Of a stretch of DNA of 64,000 nucleotides, positions 60,381 through 64,000 are shown piece by piece (the stretch's first letter is position 1; every line of letters starts with the position of its first letter). The notes under the pieces are model-generated. The model saw only the letters and a list, made by a program, of their open reading frames with translations, ran no database searches and was not told the origin of the DNA. A program made the position numbers and the translations under genes. This stretch comes from Macrostomum lignano. Taxonomy: Eukaryota. The DNA is taken from positions 5,496-69,495 of the forward strand of contig NIVC01001690.1 in the NCBI GenBank assembly GCA_002269645.1. The letters are read 5' to 3'.

Positions 60381-60668
60381 CTGGGAGGCTGGCACAGCAA
60401 CTGACACTCTGGGAGGCTGGCCCAGCAACTGACACTCTGGGAGGCTGGCCCAGCAACTGACACTCTGGGAGGCTGAAACAGAAACTGAGGATATGGGAGG
60501 CTTGCCCAGCAACTGAGGATCTGGGAGGCTGGCCCAGCAACTGAGGATATGGGAGGCTGGCCCAGCAACTGAGGATCTGGGAGGCTGGCCCAGCAACTGA
60601 GGATCTGGGAGGCTGGCCCAGCAACTGAGGATCTGGGAGGCTGGCCCAGAAACCGAGGATCTGGGAGT
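60381..60668. repeat. 28-bp minisatellite (GGAGGCTGGCCCAGCAACTGAGGATCTG)
   Basis: Visible; lies between a donor at ~60359 and acceptors at ~60673/60710. Confidence 0.92.
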
Positions 60669-60710
60669 CGCAGAGAAAAACCGTGATATCCTTCATCGCC
60701 GAACCCGCAG

Positions 60711-63700
60711 AACCGGAAGCCATTCAGCATCAGGCCCATCATCGAGTTCCACCGCTGCCTAAACGGCACCGAAGCGCTCTCGTTAGATCAGCTGCTTCGG
60801 GAATCCCGCCATGAGCTGGACGCTGAGCTGCTCGCCCTGAGGCCCATCCTGGTCCTGTTTGTGTGCCTCATCGCACTGGGCGCCCTCGGCAACGCGTTGA
60901 TCATTGGCACGGTGCTGCGGAATCCCAAGATGCGAACCCCACCGAACCTGCTGGTGCTGAACCTGGCGCTATCGGACTTCATCCTGTGCTCGTTGACCCA
61001 GCCGTGCAACATCGGCGGTTGCTGTTCTTCAACACTGCCTGGAGTAGCGGATTGGCTGCGTGCAAGATTGTCAACGCGTTGACCGGCTTGAATATGTACG
61101 CGTCGACCTTTGCGGTGACAGCCATCGCCATCGACCGGTGCAGGGTGCGTTGACGGATTTTTTTTTGGGGGGGGCACAGCCGGTTGAAGACCAGCTGATG
61201 AGGGGTGAGGACACACGGGTCATCGCTTCCGTTTGACGCTCTTGAGATGAGAGGAGGCCACGGTGTGTTGAATAAATTATGAGAAGAGGCCTGGAGGGCA
61301 ATTAGGGACTGTTTCAGAGGCAGATCTTATTTAATGGTTAAAATTGCCTTATTTAAAAAATAATTCTTGCATGCTTTTTGCGTGATCTGAAAATGACTTG
61401 AGGTCTTCAAGCCTTTAAATTCTTTATTTCGTTCTATTGATTACGGATTTTTAAGGCAAGATTTGAAAAGAGGATTTTACTATTAATTCGCTCCCGAAAG
61501 TTAAATCATGTCTTAAAAACATTGATTCTCACTGATGCATGTGGCACTGATTCTCACTGATGCATGTGGCACTGATTCTCACTGATGCATGTGGCACTGA
61601 TTCTCACTGATTCTCACTGATTCTCACTGATGCTTGTGCACTGATTCTCACTGATGCATGTGGCACTGATTCTCACTGATGCATGTGGCACTGATTCTCA
61701 CTGATGCATGTGGCACTGATTCTCACTGATTCTCACTGATTCTCACTGATGCTTGTGGCACTGATTCTCACTGATGCATGTGGCACTGATTCTCACTGAT
61801 TCTCACTGATTCTCACTGATGCTTGTGGCACTGATTCTCACTGATGCTTGTGGCACTGATTCTCACTGATGCATGTGGCACTGATTCTCACTGATTCTCA
61901 CTGATTCTCACTGATGCTTGTGGCACTGATTCTCACTGATGCATGTGGCACTGATTCTCACTGATTCTCACTGATTCTCACTGATGCTTGTGGCACTGAT
62001 TCTCACTGATGCTTGTGGCACTGATTCTCACTGATGCATGTGGCACTGATTCTCACTGATGCATGTGGCACTGATTCTCACTGATGCATGTGGCACTGAT
62101 TCTCACTGATTCTCACTGATTCTCACTGATGCATGTGGCACTGATTCTCACTGATGCATGTGGCACTGATTCTCACTGATTCTCACTGATTCTCACTGAT
62201 GCTTGTGCACTGATTCTCACTGATGCATGTGGCACTGATTCTCACTGATTCTCACTGATTCTCACTGATGCATGTGGCACTGATTCTCACTGATGCTTGT
62301 GGCACTGATTCTCACTGATGCATGTGGCACTGATTCTCACTGATTCTCACTGATTCTCACTGATGCTTGTGGCACTGATTCTCACTGATGCATGTGGCAC
62401 TGATTCTCACTGATTCTCACTGATTCTCACTGATGCTTGTGGCACTGATTCTCACTGATGCTTGTGGCACTGATTCTCACTGATGCATGTGGCACTGATT
62501 CTCACTGATGCATGTGGCACTGATTCTCACTGATGCATGTGGCACTGATTCTCACTGATGCTTGTGGCACTGATTCTCACTGATGCATTGGCACTGATTC
62601 TCACTGATTCTCACTGATTCTCACTGATGCATGTGGCACTGATTCTCACTGATGCTTGTGGCACTGATTCTCACTGATGCATGTGGCACTGATTCTCACT
62701 GATTCTCACTGATTCTCACTGATGCTTGTGGCACTGATTCTCACTGATGCATGTGGCACTGATTCTCACTGATTCTCACTGATTCTCACTGATGCTTGTG
62801 GCACTGATTCTCACTGATGCTGTGTGGCACTGATTCTCACTGATGCATGTGGCACTGATTCTCACTGATGCATGTGGCACTGATTCTCACTGATGCATGT
62901 GGCACTGATTCTCACTGATGCTTGTGGCACTGATTCTCACTGATGCATGTGGCACTGATTCTCACTGATGCATGTGGCACTGATTCTCACTGATTCTCAC
63001 TGATTCTCACTGATGCATGTGGCACTGATTCTCACTGATGCATGTGGCACTGATTCTCACTGATTCTCACTGATTTTCACTGATGCTTGTGGCACTGATT
63101 CTCACTGATGCATGTGGCACTGATTCTCACTGATTCTCACTGATTCTCACTGATGCATGTGGCACTGATTCTCACTGATGCTTGTGGCACTGATTCTCAC
63201 TGATGCATGTGGCACTGATTCTCACTGATGCTTGTGGCACTGATTCTCACTGATGCTTGTGGCACTGATTCTCACTGATTCAAATCGAGAGAAACCAACG
63301 CAATTCCCGCAGGCTGTCACCATGGCAACACCCAATCGAGCAGGCCTTGACGCTCGCCGTACCGCGCTGGCCATCCCACTGACTTGGCTGATGGCCGGTC
63401 TGATGGCCAGCCCGCTGCTCTGGCTCGGTGCGCTCGTCCGCGATACAAGCGTAGCTCCAGCCGACAGCAGCAGCCGTGCCGAGGGCTTGGTCTGCACCGA
63501 GCGTTCGCTGAGCCACGCCGAGGCAGCCGCCAAAAGCTGGCGTACAGCGCCGCCACAGTCGGGGTGCAGTACGCCTTGCCGCTGGCCATCCTGCTCGGCG
63601 TGTACAGACGCATCCGACGCCGGTTGCAATGCCGACTGACTCGGGGTCGACTGGCTGAGCAACGTCGGCAGCGCAAAGCGAATCTGCTTTTAGTAGGCGT

Positions 63701-64000
63701 TGCTTTACTTTTCGGCATCTCTTGGCTGCCGTTGAACTGCATCAATCTGGTCACGGATGCCCGGCTGTGGCTGGCTAGACTGCAGCAGCAACAACAGCAA
63801 CAGCAGCAACCGCACGCCATTTCCAGCTTCTTAGCCGAGGCGCAGTCACTGAGCTCGGTTCGAGTGGACTTCTCCGCCCCGACCGTGCAGTCCGTCTGCC
63901 TGCTCTGCGTGCTTGCCAGCGCCTGCCTCAACCCGCTGCCTCTACGGCCTGTTAACGAGAACTTCCGGGCGGAGTTCGGTCTCTGCTTAGCCGAAGTTCC
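60711..64000 (+). CDS. NPY/NPF/sNPF-type neuropeptide GPCR; exons ~60711-61144 and 63313 to beyond the window end; ~4 apparent frameshifts; start unresolved
   Basis: GALGNALII...LRNPKMRTPPNLLVLNLALSDFILC, ACKIVNALTGLNMYASTFAVTAIAIDRCR, QYALPLAIL, FGISWLPLN, SACLNP.LYG..NENFRAEF; phase-0 GT-AG intron 61145-63312. Confidence 0.8.
61530..63281. repeat. 25-bp satellite (GGCACTGATTCTCACTGATGCATGT) with variable 10-bp CTGATTCTCA subrepeat, filling the GPCR intron
   Basis: Visible array of ~1.75 kb. Confidence 0.97.

Overview
Eukaryotic (animal) genomic DNA with GT-AG spliceosomal introns, tRNA-derived SINEs, Tc1/mariner and hAT-type elements. It contains no prokaryotic operons or CRISPR arrays. 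The gene families and the tandem-repeat-filled introns suggest a free-living flatworm such as Macrostomum; this is inference only. Genes reconstructed by hand: an RBM22/Slt11 splicing-factor homologue that lacks the RRM (minus, 150-2893); an intronless METTL24-like methyltransferase (19642-20574); a 3-exon FABP (22486-26202); a probable ankyrin-repeat + Mab-21/cGAS-like nucleotidyltransferase (cGLR) fusion gene (27767-32058); a small 2-TM protein (33231-34158); a low-complexity multi-exon gene with a duplicated exon (35393-41177); a 12-exon transglutaminase with intact Cys-His-Asp triad (43613-52405); and two rhodopsin-class GPCRs (53519-55714; 60711 to the window end). The 3-19.6 kb interval is a graveyard of nested DNA transposons with readable TIRs and TSDs. 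It includes an intact DD34D mariner with ~190-bp TIRs, a 4.4-kb TIR element with a 7-bp TSD that encodes a Tudor-like protein, and a ~4.5-kb block almost devoid of CpG. Most long ORFs in the supplied track are artefacts of tandem repeats. Several genes carry single-base frameshifts, often in homopolymers, which may be assembly errors. The most interesting candidate system is the ANK-cGLR innate-immune-type receptor.
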